From NCBI GenBank assembly GCA_017610205.1, contig JAFCCL010000001.1, positions 90,805 to 154,804 on the forward strand: DNA of 64,000 bases. Direction: 5' to 3'. The notes below the pieces were generated by a model. That model saw only the letters and a list, made by a program, of their open reading frames with translations, was not told the origin of the DNA and did no database searches. Source of the stretch: Candidatus Iainarchaeum sp. Its GTDB lineage: Archaea > Iainarchaeota > Iainarchaeia > Iainarchaeales > GCA-2688035. This document shows, piece after piece, positions 18,873 through 28,345 of the stretch. The position numbers and the translations under genes were made by a program. The first letter of the stretch is position 1. Each line of letters opens with the position of its first letter.

Positions 18873-20390
18873 ATGCCGGTAAGACAAAAAATAATTCTTT
18901 TTTCTCCAAAACCAAGAAGACATACTTACAGCAACAGTATTCCTGTTGCATTGCTCAAAATTGCGTCAATGATTGACCGTAAAAAATACGAATCGGTAAT
19001 TGTTTCAGCAACACCAAAATATGACTACGAAACCCAGATTTTGAAGGATTCAAAAGATGCATTGTGCTTTGCTGTTCGCGTGTTAACAGGACACGACATA
19101 ATTGAAGCAATAGAGCTAATAAAAAAAATCAAAAAAGTTAACCCAAACCTTCCTATTGTATGGGGTGGATGGCATGGTGCAATTTTTCCAGATCAAACTC
19201 TTGAAAGCAGCTATGCTGATATAATTATAAGGGGTCAGGGTGAGCGCACTTTCAAAGAACTTGTTGAAAGGTTGGTTACAAAAAAAGATCTTAAAGGATT
19301 ACCAGGCATTATTTACAAAGACAAAAGCGGAAAAATAATTCACAACCCTGAAAGGCCTTTTGAAGACATAAATAATTTTCCGGACATTCCCTACGATCTC
19401 ATTAACATAGACGATTACGTTGACAACTTTGACGGTTTGCGTGCGGCATTTTATGTCACAAGCCAAGGCTGTCCTTTTAAATGTAAATTTTGCGCGGAAC
19501 CACTTGTATTCAAGCAACGATGGTCTTCCCTAAGCAACGAGCGCATTCTCAAAGACTGGGAATACCTTTCAAAAAAAGGCATTGAATTTATCATAATTGG
19601 TGATGACAACTTTTTTGTAAACGAAAAAAAAGTCAAAGACTTTTGTGAAAAATTCATTGCAAAAAAACTTCCGTTAAAATGGGGCCGTGTTTCTGGAAGG
19701 GTTAGGCAAATGCTTGCTTTTTCTGACGAAACCTGGCAGCTTATCAAAGACACTGGCTGTACAGACATACAGGTTGGCGCAGAAACAGGCGACCAAAATG
19801 TGCTTGACTACATTGGAAAAGAGCTTACTGTTGACGAAATAGTGCAATTTATTGAAAGGGCAAGGAAATTCAAAATAAAGGCAACTCCTGCCTTCATTCT
19901 CGGTCTTCCAACAGAGGAATTCAGAAAAGCTTCATCAAAAGAAATTCAAAAACTTTTAGACAAACAGTGGAATGCATTTTTTGACGTAATGGACAGGTGC
20001 TATAAAGACCACAAGGACTATGACGAAATCCGTTTGTTTGCCTACGATCCTTATCCTGGAAACCCACTTTATGATTTATCCTGTGAGCTTGGTTTTGACG
20101 CGCCAAAAAAGCTTGAAGAATGGGCAATAATTCGACCTGCTCCTTGGATAAAAGAAAGTCTTCGTGAAAAAATAAGAATGCTTCAATATTTTTTGTTTCC
20201 CTATGCTCGCGATGGTTACGCAGGCAGACACATAAAAAAATTCAAGCTGTTGCAAAAGCTTTTTCACAAAAGCGCACAATGGCGATGGAAGCACAGATTC
20301 TTTGCACTGCCAATAGAATACAAAATGTACCGGGCTTATACAAACCTTAGAACCAAAAAAACAGGGCAATCTGCAACAGACCATGAATAA
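18873..20390 (+). CDS. Cobalamin-binding radical SAM protein, paralog 2
   Basis: IVWGGWHGA, IRGQGE, SQGCPFKCKFC, DDNFF, GAETG, PYPG. Collinear with paralog 1; start set at ATG 18873 by alignment. Confidence 0.9.
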   Translation: MPVRQKIILFSPKPRRHTYSNSIPVALLKIASMIDRKKYESVIVSATPKYDYETQILKDSKDALCFAVRVLTGHDIIEAIELIKKIKKVNPNLPIVWGGWHGAIFPDQTLESSYADIIIRGQGERTFKELVERLVTKKDLKGLPGIIYKDKSGKIIHNPERPFEDINNFPDIPYDLINIDDYVDNFDGLRAAFYVTSQGCPFKCKFCAEPLVFKQRWSSLSNERILKDWEYLSKKGIEFIIIGDDNFFVNEKKVKDFCEKFIAKKLPLKWGRVSGRVRQMLAFSDETWQLIKDTGCTDIQVGAETGDQNVLDYIGKELTVDEIVQFIERARKFKIKATPAFILGLPTEEFRKASSKEIQKLLDKQWNAFFDVMDRCYKDHKDYDEIRLFAYDPYPGNPLYDLSCELGFDAPKKLEEWAIIRPAPWIKESLREKIRMLQYFLFPYARDGYAGRHIKKFKLLQKLFHKSAQWRWKHRFFALPIEYKMYRAYTNLRTKKTGQSATDHE

Positions 20391-20462
20391 AAGAAATTAA
20401 TAAAACAGAAAAGAACAAAATAGGAGTTTACTGATTTTAAATTAGTACATTTTAAATAGTTT

Positions 20463-21713
20463 TTAAATTGGCACATTCCAAATTATATTTACGAGTATTG
20501 GGTTATAGTTTATTAACAACACTATATCAAACAAAAGCATACTGGAAAGAACAATCCAAACAAATGTCTTTGCCCATTTTTCCTGCCTGATTGTTTTCAT
20601 AAAAGAAAGTAAACCTGCAATAAAAAGTATTGCGATAAGTCCAACTGTTCCAAACATCCATCTTGCATCAGGTCCTACTACAAAAAAATTTATGTATGCA
20701 ACTCCTGCAAGGTTTAAAAGAATTGGGAGAATAAGAACAGCTGTTATTAGTTTTTTTCTTTTGTTGTTCCATTTATTTCCAAGAATTAATTTTACAAACC
20801 CTATTAGTGCAACAATTGAAACAATTGCATAAAATCCAAAGAAAACAAATCTATATTCAGGAATTGTTGCAGTTCCATATTCCTGAAGCCACATTCCTGC
20901 AAATAAATATGTTAAAAAATAAGCAAGCCATTGAATATCAATTGCCATCATTGGCTTTAAAAAGCTTGGGAAAAAATTCCCCGATAGCAAAAGGTACCTG
21001 TAAAACGTGACTATTCCCAGCAATGGTACAGAACATGCCAAAATTCTTTTCCACAATTTTTCTTTTCCCTTAAATAAAAATACAAACCACGCAATTCCAA
21101 ATGTTACTGCAACTGCAAGTCCTGTAAGCATCGTAAGTAAAACTCCAGCCATAAAAAGTCCGGCAATTGCCATATCTTTTGTCTTTTTTTCTTTAAACAC
21201 TTTAATACTGTAGTATATTACCACTAGGCATAAGAGCCAGCTTAAAGTTCCATTACTGACTGTTGCGCTTGTAATTATATGTGTTGGAAGTAAAGCAACA
21301 AACATTGCACTTCCAAGTCTTACAATTTTTCCAAAATTCAGTTTTTTTGCAATAATATATGTTAGAAGAATGCAAGCAGTTCCAAACGCAACAGAAAGAA
21401 GCCTTAGAACATGCACAATAGTGTCAATGCTCTGGCTTGCGATTGGAATGTAAAAAATTGCTGCAATACTATGGAATAAAGGTGGTTGCGAAAGGCTTTC
21501 ATTTGAAATGCTTGCAAGAGTTTCGTGTGTAAGCGGAATCATAGGCAGTCTGGCATTGTCTCCAATGAATTCAATGTAAAAAATATGAGCTCCTTCTTCA
21601 GGTCCAGACCAAACAGGAAAAAGTGCACTTCCTGCAAGTCTTAAACCCAACCCAAACAAAATTATAAGGACAATGACCTTAAATTCATTTTTTTCTCGCA
21701 ATTTCAAAAACAT
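20463..21713 (-). CDS. GT-C fold polytopic membrane glycosyltransferase (DUF2142 / ArnT / PMT-like)
   Basis: PEEGAH..YI and QPPLFH in the first external loop, RLLSV, about 10 hydrophobic segments. Confidence 0.7.
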   Translation of the reverse strand: MFLKLREKNEFKVIVLIILFGLGLRLAGSALFPVWSGPEEGAHIFYIEFIGDNARLPMIPLTHETLASISNESLSQPPLFHSIAAIFYIPIASQSIDTIVHVLRLLSVAFGTACILLTYIIAKKLNFGKIVRLGSAMFVALLPTHIITSATVSNGTLSWLLCLVVIYYSIKVFKEKKTKDMAIAGLFMAGVLLTMLTGLAVAVTFGIAWFVFLFKGKEKLWKRILACSVPLLGIVTFYRYLLLSGNFFPSFLKPMMAIDIQWLAYFLTYLFAGMWLQEYGTATIPEYRFVFFGFYAIVSIVALIGFVKLILGNKWNNKRKKLITAVLILPILLNLAGVAYINFFVVGPDARWMFGTVGLIAILFIAGLLSFMKTIRQEKWAKTFVWIVLSSMLLFDIVLLINYNPILVNIIWNVPI

Positions 21714-21765
21714 TCACCTCCACTCAGAACTGAAGTCTTTTTTGAATGCATAATCTTAATCATAT

Positions 21766-22056
21766 CTACGAGTCCTCTTCAAATTCAATAAAATTACCGC
21801 TTTGAATTTTAGCCCTTGTGCTAATGCTTTCCTCTTCAGAATCGCATTTCAGGCGTTCAACTTCAATATTTTGATTATATATACAATCTTCTTTTTTGCC
21901 ATAACACAAATACCTAGTATTTTTAACATGCCAGCAGGCAAAATTCTCTTCGAAACTGTAGTCAACAGGTCCTTGAAACAAAATCAAAAAATCCACTGCA
22001 ACTATGATTATTAGTATAACAAAAAAACAAATTAATCTAAAAAACTTAACCGGCAT
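21766..22056 (-). CDS. Hypothetical small membrane-anchored Cys-containing protein
   Basis: GGTGAT SD, N-terminal hydrophobic helix, 4 Cys in the soluble part. Confidence 0.6.
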   Translation of the reverse strand: MPVKFFRLICFFVILIIIVAVDFLILFQGPVDYSFEENFACWHVKNTRYLCYGKKEDCIYNQNIEVERLKCDSEEESISTRAKIQSGNFIEFEEDS

Positions 22057-22092
22057 TTAATATCACCACGCTCTTTTTTTCCAAAAAAACAC

Positions 22093-23013
22093 TTACACGT
22101 CCTTTTTGAATTTGGCAAAGCATCTTTTAATGCCTTCATCCAAACTAATTTTTGGCTTCCAATCCAATTCCGAACAAGCTCTTGAAATATCGCACACAAG
22201 TCGTTGCACTTCACAGGCTTTGTTAAGGCGATTTATTTCAATGTTGTTTCCAGTTGCCTTTTTAACTTTTTCAGCAAGGTTGTTTAGTGAAATAACCTTG
22301 CCTGATCCAAGATTAAAAATTTTAAATCTGCTTTTGTTAAAACCAGCTGCAATAACCCCGCTTGCAAGGTCTTCTGCATGCAAAAAATCCTTTTCAGAGC
22401 TTCCGTTTCCATAAATCACAATCGGCTTGTTCCTTAATGCATTAAAAACAAAGTTTGCTATAACACCTGTTCCCTTGGAAACTACCTGCCTTTCACCATA
22501 GCTTGTTGTTGGCCTTAGAATTGCATAATCAATTCCGTAAACTCTGTTAAAGTATTCAATATATTTTTCAATTGCCATTTTTGAAACAGCATATGGTGTC
22601 ATTGGTTCAAGTCTGGCATTTTCTTTTGCCGGAATGGTTTTTGTGTTTCCGTAAACAACAATAGAACTCAAGTAAACAATTTTTTTTACTCCAAGTTCAC
22701 ATGAATCCCTCAAAATATTAATGCTTGGCAAAATATTTGTTTCTGCGTCAAAAACAGGCTTTTCAATGCTTGTTCTTGGAACAGTTGTGTGAATGCAGTG
22801 AAAAACATATTCAATTCCATCCAATGCCTGCCTTACATCCTTTTGATTAATGTAATCTCCTTTAACCTTTTCAATTTTTGTTTCAATTGCCTTTAAGTTG
22901 TTCTTGCCAGTAAACTTGTCAAAGACTCTGACATTGCAGCCTTTTGCAACAAGCTTCTCTGCAACAAAGCTTCCAATAAGTCCGTTTCCTCCTAAAACAA
23001 GGCAATTATTCAT
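22093..23013 (-). CDS. NAD-dependent nucleotide-sugar epimerase/dehydratase (GalE-like SDR)
   Basis: LVLGGNGLIG, YAVSK (YxxxK), KDFLHAED. Confidence 0.88.
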   Translation of the reverse strand: MNNCLVLGGNGLIGSFVAEKLVAKGCNVRVFDKFTGKNNLKAIETKIEKVKGDYINQKDVRQALDGIEYVFHCIHTTVPRTSIEKPVFDAETNILPSINILRDSCELGVKKIVYLSSIVVYGNTKTIPAKENARLEPMTPYAVSKMAIEKYIEYFNRVYGIDYAILRPTTSYGERQVVSKGTGVIANFVFNALRNKPIVIYGNGSSEKDFLHAEDLASGVIAAGFNKSRFKIFNLGSGKVISLNNLAEKVKKATGNNIEINRLNKACEVQRLVCDISRACSELDWKPKISLDEGIKRCFAKFKKDV

Positions 23014-23054
23014 AAAAGTAATAGGACAGCTAAACCCTTATTAATTTTTCCAAA

Positions 23055-24062
23055 CTAAATCGTTATTTTTTTAGGGAACAAAAGAGCCTGCGTTGTTCCA
23101 ATACTGTATGCAATGTGTGTTATAAAAACAATAAAGATGCAAAATGGTACATGAACTGGTTTGACAGAATGCTCAAGGCAGTCAATTCCAATAGCGGTTG
23201 CATAAAACACAAAGCTGGCAGCATAAAAAATCCACAGTATTGGAAACACGATGGCAACAAATGGCATAAAAACAACGTAAAATAAGAATGCAATTACCAC
23301 TGTGTTTGTAATTCTAAAAGAATCAGTTTCCTTCAATACATCTATTTTTCCCCTTCCATAATCTTTAAGTCTTGGAATGTATTCTGAAAAACTTCTCTTG
23401 TTGTGATGGTGCACTGCAGTTTCTTTGTTGTACAGTATAAGCTTTCCTGTTTTTCTGAGTAGGATGCATGCTTTTACATCCTCACCTGTTGGGCAATTTT
23501 CGTCAAACTTTCCTATCTGAAGTAAAAGGTTTCGTTTTATTATAATGTTGCTTGTTGGCAGTTCCTTGTATACTAGAATTCCTTTATGTTTTTTGAAAGT
23601 ACTATGCATTCCTGTATCTGTTACGTAAAGATGCATAGTTTTTATTGCAAGTGATTCCCAAAGTCCTATGTTTTTTGGTTCGAGGTTTGGTCCACCGACA
23701 GCGGCAACTTTATCATCCCTCAAAAATGGCAATGCACTTTCAAGCCATTTGGATTGCGGGTATGCATCTGAATCAATACACGCTATAAATTCAGCTTTTG
23801 TGTTTTCAATTCCAATATTGCGTTTTGCTGAAGCAACTCCTTTTGGAAGGTTTTGCCCGGTAGGAATACATCTTATTTTCTCCGACTTTTTTTTACCAAA
23901 CTTTTCAACCAGTGCCTGTTTTTCTATTTTGTTGTCTGGTAATAATATTAATTCAAAATCCTGTCTTGTCTGATTCAAACAACCTTCAATACATTCCAAA
24001 ACAAAACTGTCCAATGTCTTAAATGGTACAATTATTGCAAACAAAGGCTTTTTTTCCATCAT
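23055..24062 (-). CDS. Glycosyltransferase family 2 with C-terminal membrane helices
   Basis: IIVP, KRNIG, IDSDAYP, GEDV, hydrophobic C-terminus. Confidence 0.88.
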   Translation of the reverse strand: MMEKKPLFAIIVPFKTLDSFVLECIEGCLNQTRQDFELILLPDNKIEKQALVEKFGKKKSEKIRCIPTGQNLPKGVASAKRNIGIENTKAEFIACIDSDAYPQSKWLESALPFLRDDKVAAVGGPNLEPKNIGLWESLAIKTMHLYVTDTGMHSTFKKHKGILVYKELPTSNIIIKRNLLLQIGKFDENCPTGEDVKACILLRKTGKLILYNKETAVHHHNKRSFSEYIPRLKDYGRGKIDVLKETDSFRITNTVVIAFLFYVVFMPFVAIVFPILWIFYAASFVFYATAIGIDCLEHSVKPVHVPFCIFIVFITHIAYSIGTTQALLFPKKITI

Positions 24063-25153
24063 TTCCCAACCTGAAGCTTGAGTCTAATCCATTGAAGCAG
24101 AACTTTCAAAAGTTCTGTTGCGTTGAATGCAACATTTGACGTGAGCTGGCATTCAAACGTGCAAAAACATTTGCTTTCTCTTATGGATTTTGCAATCTTT
24201 CTATTTTCTTTTGTTGAAAGCAGTTTTTTCAAATTAAAGTCAAAGTTTTTGAGATTTCCAAGAAAAAGATCCTGCCTGATTTCACAGGCAAATACATTAC
24301 CATTTGAATAAATGATGCAATTTGTTGTAGCAGCATAACATGGTAACTGAAATTTGTTTTCCTTCAAAGTTTTGAGAATCACCTGCTTATATCTTTTGTT
24401 TAAACATGTATAAAAGTCCCCAAAGATTTGGTGGCCCTTATATTTCTTTTTTGCAAGATCTGTTGCAATTTCTTTGTTCACTTTCATATATTGTTCAATT
24501 GTTTCCTTTGATTTCCTTGCGTTTTTTGGTTCGCCTCTTAAAAAATTTATCTGAAACTGGTTTATATCAAAGTCTGAAAGCATTTTTTTGTACACAGACA
24601 TCGTTTCTTGCGCATTGTCTTCACTAATAGTGTAAATTACTCCAATCTTTAGGTTTTTGAATCTTATTTTAAGTTCTAAAAGCTTTGCTAAAGTTTTGCA
24701 CGCATTTGAGAATGCATTTTTTGATCCTCTTATTTGATTATGTATTTTCTCAGTGCCATCAATTGAAACTGAAATATTGAAAATTATATCAGGGTTTTCT
24801 TCAGCCATCTTGGTTGCTTTTGCTACAATTTTTTCAGTAAACGTGCCGTTTGTTGGAATTGAAATTATTTTTACACTGCTGTTTTTTGCAAACAATGCTG
24901 CGATTTTGTCAATGTCTTCTCTGAGAAATGGTTCACCCCCTGTTAGACTTACATGTATCAAACTCGGCATGCTTTTTGATATTTTTTCAATTTCTTTGAG
25001 TGGAATTTCTTCAGGCTTGTTCAGTGATTTGTGAAAAAAACAGTGGCTGCATTTAAGATTGCATCTGCTTGTGATATAAAGAATCACATAAACAGGAAGC
25101 ATGTTTTTCTTGAATAAGACATTTTTTGCCTGTTTCAATATTGAAATTTTCAT
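24059..25153 (-). CDS. Radical SAM protein with SPASM/twitch domain
   Basis: CNLKCSHC, TGGEP, SIDG, CYAA...GNVFACE...CFCTFEC. Confidence 0.9.
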   Translation of the reverse strand: MKISILKQAKNVLFKKNMLPVYVILYITSRCNLKCSHCFFHKSLNKPEEIPLKEIEKISKSMPSLIHVSLTGGEPFLREDIDKIAALFAKNSSVKIISIPTNGTFTEKIVAKATKMAEENPDIIFNISVSIDGTEKIHNQIRGSKNAFSNACKTLAKLLELKIRFKNLKIGVIYTISEDNAQETMSVYKKMLSDFDINQFQINFLRGEPKNARKSKETIEQYMKVNKEIATDLAKKKYKGHQIFGDFYTCLNKRYKQVILKTLKENKFQLPCYAATTNCIIYSNGNVFACEIRQDLFLGNLKNFDFNLKKLLSTKENRKIAKSIRESKCFCTFECQLTSNVAFNATELLKVLLQWIRLKLQVGK

Positions 25154-26640
25154 AAAAAACCGCCTCTTTTCAACAGCTTGTTTTTCCTGTTAATAAATTC
25201 TCTTTCCATCTTAAGCGACTGCTTGTTTAAAATAACATCAAAACACATTTTCAACACCTTTAGCGGGTGGAAAATTGCCTTGTAGAGTAGGAACGTAAAG
25301 TAAAGTTCTTTAACATATTTATTCACTTCCAAACTGTTTGGATACCATCCAGGTACTGTTCCTATATTTAGGTCGTCAATTCCCTTTATATTTTTGTTAA
25401 AATATTTTTTCCTAATTTCTGTATTTGGATATGGAATACATGGAAACACACCAACTTCATCCACTCCAATCCTTGCAAGCCTTTTCAGATATGCCCTTGT
25501 CTTCTGTTTATCATCTTCAGTTTCAACTGGTAATCCAACGACAAAGAACGCGGTTGTTTTTATTCCAACATTCTTACAATTTTTTATACAATTTGCAATG
25601 TTTTCAAGATCAATATGCTTGTTGTAAACTTCTTTAAGGATTCTTTGACTTCCTGATTCAGGTGCAAACACCAACAATTTGCATCCGCTTTCTTTCATTA
25701 GCTTAAGTGTTTCAAGGTCAAGGTACTCGGATCTTACTCCGTTTGGTGTTGTCCAAGTTATCCTGAGTTTTTTTTTCTTAATAAGCCTGAAGATTTTTTT
25801 TGCTCTCTCAATATTAAGCGTAAGGTTGTCATCTTCTATTTCAAATTCAGTTGTGCCATATTTTTCAATACAATGTTGAATTTCTTTAACAAAATTTTCT
25901 GGTTTTCTTGCAACCCAATGCCTGCGCCAGAATACAGCGCTTGAGCAATAGGTACAATTGTATGGACATCCCCTTGAAGAAATTATTGGAGTGAATTTTT
26001 TGTTTACTGGCCCGTGGCTCCTTTTGGCTTTCCAGTAATTTTCTAATGGAAAAAGATGCCTTGCTGGAAATGGCAGCATATCAAGATTTTCAATGAACTC
26101 TTTTTTTTCCCTGCTTACAATCTTTCCATTTTTTATATATGCGATTCCATTAATTGCCTCAATTGAACCACTTTTTTTTGACAGTTTGTCAATAAGTTTT
26201 AACAGAGTTTCCTCTGCTTCTCCAAGTACTGCATAGTCTACTCCCTTCTCAAGGAACCTTTTATAATTTGCTGTTGCCTCGTTTCCGCCAATTATTATCT
26301 TTTTTTTCGGAAATCTCTTTTTAAGTCTTGAAACCAGATCAAGATAAACCTTGTGCTGTGAAGTAAAGTTTGCTGAAATGCAGATTAATTCACTTTCTTT
26401 AGGAATCATTTCGATTAATTCTTCAATATCAAGGCCTCTAAGGAATAATCTGTGTTTCCAATCGCTTACCTTCTCTATCCCAAGCCCAAGAGCGTCAATT
26501 ACCTTTACCTTAAAACCTTTTTTTAGAAGATAGGCTGCAAGGTATGCAAGGCCCAATGGCATAGTTGTAACAAAAATCTGGCTTCCTGGGATTTCTGCAA
26601 CTGGTGGATTAATTAAGACGATTGGTTTGCTGTAGCTCGT
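25150..26640 (-). CDS. Cobalamin-binding radical SAM protein; N-terminus extends to an ACG codon at 26640 (first ATG is 26562)
   Basis: PLGLAYLA, SRGCPYNCTYC, EDDN, APESG, PYPNT. The in-frame upstream segment SYSKPIVLINPP follows a GGTGAT SD and ACG. Confidence 0.85.
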   Translation of the reverse strand, partial: TSYSKPIVLINPPVAEIPGSQIFVTTMPLGLAYLAAYLLKKGFKVKVIDALGLGIEKVSDWKHRLFLRGLDIEELIEMIPKESELICISANFTSQHKVYLDLVSRLKKRFPKKKIIIGGNEATANYKRFLEKGVDYAVLGEAEETLLKLIDKLSKKSGSIEAINGIAYIKNGKIVSREKKEFIENLDMLPFPARHLFPLENYWKAKRSHGPVNKKFTPIISSRGCPYNCTYCSSAVFWRRHWVARKPENFVKEIQHCIEKYGTTEFEIEDDNLTLNIERAKKIFRLIKKKKLRITWTTPNGVRSEYLDLETLKLMKESGCKLLVFAPESGSQRILKEVYNKHIDLENIANCIKNCKNVGIKTTAFFVVGLPVETEDDKQKTRAYLKRLARIGVDEVGVFPCIPYPNTEIRKKYFNKNIKGIDDLNIGTVPGWYPNSLEVNKYVKELYFTFLLYKAIFHPLKVLKMCFDVILNKQSLKMEREFINRKNKLLKRGGFL

Positions 26641-27407
26641 GCAATCACCACTTTTAACCTTTTTACTCTGTTTCTTATAATGATTAAGTCAAGTAGCATT
26701 TTTGCTATATCAGTTCCTTTAACTTTGCTGTCCTTGTCATTGTCCCAATTTACTGGACATTCTTTGATTTTAAATCCAAGAGCTTTTGCTATTGCAAGTA
26801 ATTCAGCATCAAAAGTCCAACCTTCTATTTTTTGCAGGCTAAAAACCTTTATTGCACAATCTCTTTTGAAAAGCTTGAAACCACATTGGCTATCGCTTAT
26901 ATCCAACTGTAATATAAATGAAACAAGTCCGGCAAAGCCTGTTCCAAGCATATATCTAATTAACCCCCTTGACTTGATGTTTGACTCTGGCAGGTTTCTT
27001 GAACCGATAACAATATCATAATCCTTTATATACTGCAAAAAGTTATTCAAGAAAATTAATGGAGTACTTAAATCAACATCTGTGAACAATATAATTTCTT
27101 TTTTGCTGGCAAGAACTCCTTTTTTCACAGAATACCCTTTGCCTCTGTTTTTTTTGTTCCTTAAAAGTCTTATGCCTGGTTGTTTTGCTTCCATGGCTGT
27201 GTTGTCTGTGCTACCATCATCAACTACAATTATTTCAAAATTATTCAAGTTATTTTTTTTCAGAAATTCTCTGATTTCATCAAGCGTTTTGGAAATTTTT
27301 TTCTCTTCATTGAATGCAGGTACAACTATAGAAATTCCTGAAATTTGTTCTCTTTTTGCCTTTTGAATTTCAGCCGAGTTGAGTTTGGACCTTGTTTTAT
27401 TTTTCAT
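26613..27407 (-). CDS. Polyprenyl-phosphate glycosyltransferase (DPM1/ALG5/AglJ-like GT2)
   Basis: SIVVPAFNE, DDGSTD, NRGKG, FTDVDLS, DSQCGFKLF, FDAELL. Start at ATG 27407 after GGAGT. Confidence 0.88.
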   Translation of the reverse strand: MKNKTRSKLNSAEIQKAKREQISGISIVVPAFNEEKKISKTLDEIREFLKKNNLNNFEIIVVDDGSTDNTAMEAKQPGIRLLRNKKNRGKGYSVKKGVLASKKEIILFTDVDLSTPLIFLNNFLQYIKDYDIVIGSRNLPESNIKSRGLIRYMLGTGFAGLVSFILQLDISDSQCGFKLFKRDCAIKVFSLQKIEGWTFDAELLAIAKALGFKIKECPVNWDNDKDSKVKGTDIAKMLLDLIIIRNRVKRLKVVIARATANQSS

Positions 27408-27450
27408 GTTATACTCCAATACAATTATCAATTTAAAATAAACTGCGACA

Positions 27451-28341
27451 TTAAATAAGCAGCTTTCTAAATCTAATGCTTCCAATAATTCTGTAAAATT
27501 TTATTGCAAAGACATATCCAATTCCTGCAATAACAATTGCAAGAAAGTGCAAAGGGCTTTTGTTTTCAAGCATTACAATTCCGCGTGGCGATCCGAGTTT
27601 TAATTTTTTGCTGCTTCCCGCCCATTTATTAACAACAACCTTAAAGTCCTGCCTTGGATCAACCAAAAATCCTAGCTTAACATGCAAAAAATCTTTTGCA
27701 AGCTTTGAGTGCTTTTTGTAAAGAAGTGGGTCATTTTCGTGGTAATGCAGCCTTTTCAAAACATATCCAATCATTGCCTTTTTTCCCTTTGGTGCAATCT
27801 CTTTGTGGTCATGCTTGTAATCTGCCTTAACGACTTTGTATTCAAAACCCAAATCCATTATGCTGAATGTAAGATCGGTGTCTTCCCTGTAATAAAAGAA
27901 CTTTTTGTCATATCCCCCAACTTTGTCAAGCAATTCTTTCCTGAAAGCTGTTGAAGTTCCACCAAAGCTTCCAAAACTGCTTACCACCCCGACTTTTGGG
28001 CCTTCAAATCCCTTTACCAAATCGCGCAGCCATTCCTTGCTTGGAATGCAGTCGTGGTCCATATTAACAACAATTGGGAATTTTGCAACCTTAATGCCTT
28101 CGTTTCTTGCAGTGCAAACGCCCATGTTTCTTCCATAGCTTATAACTTTTACCTTTTTGTTTTCTCCAAACTTTTTGTGCAGCATTTCAATTGTACCGTC
28201 TCTGCTTCCGTCATCCACCACAATTATTTCATACTCGTTTGGATAATCAAGTACCAGCATTGCATCCAAAACCCGCTCAAGCACAACCTTGTTGTTGTAA
28301 GACGCAATTACAATACTTGCTTTTGGAAAATTAAATGCCAT
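27451..28341 (-). CDS. Glycosyltransferase family 2
   Basis: SIVIASYN, DDGSRD, MDHDC, REDTD. Confidence 0.9.
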   Translation of the reverse strand: MAFNFPKASIVIASYNNKVVLERVLDAMLVLDYPNEYEIIVVDDGSRDGTIEMLHKKFGENKKVKVISYGRNMGVCTARNEGIKVAKFPIVVNMDHDCIPSKEWLRDLVKGFEGPKVGVVSSFGSFGGTSTAFRKELLDKVGGYDKKFFYYREDTDLTFSIMDLGFEYKVVKADYKHDHKEIAPKGKKAMIGYVLKRLHYHENDPLLYKKHSKLAKDFLHVKLGFLVDPRQDFKVVVNKWAGSSKKLKLGSPRGIVMLENKSPLHFLAIVIAGIGYVFAIKFYRIIGSIRFRKLLI

Positions 28342-28345
28342 GGTA

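Noticed and set aside
24059-25153. RiPP maturase with the 96-aa ORF (21766-22056) as precursor
   Set aside because: No RRE/PqqD, peptidase or transporter; the gene is coupled to glycosyltransferases, and the small ORF looks membrane-anchored.
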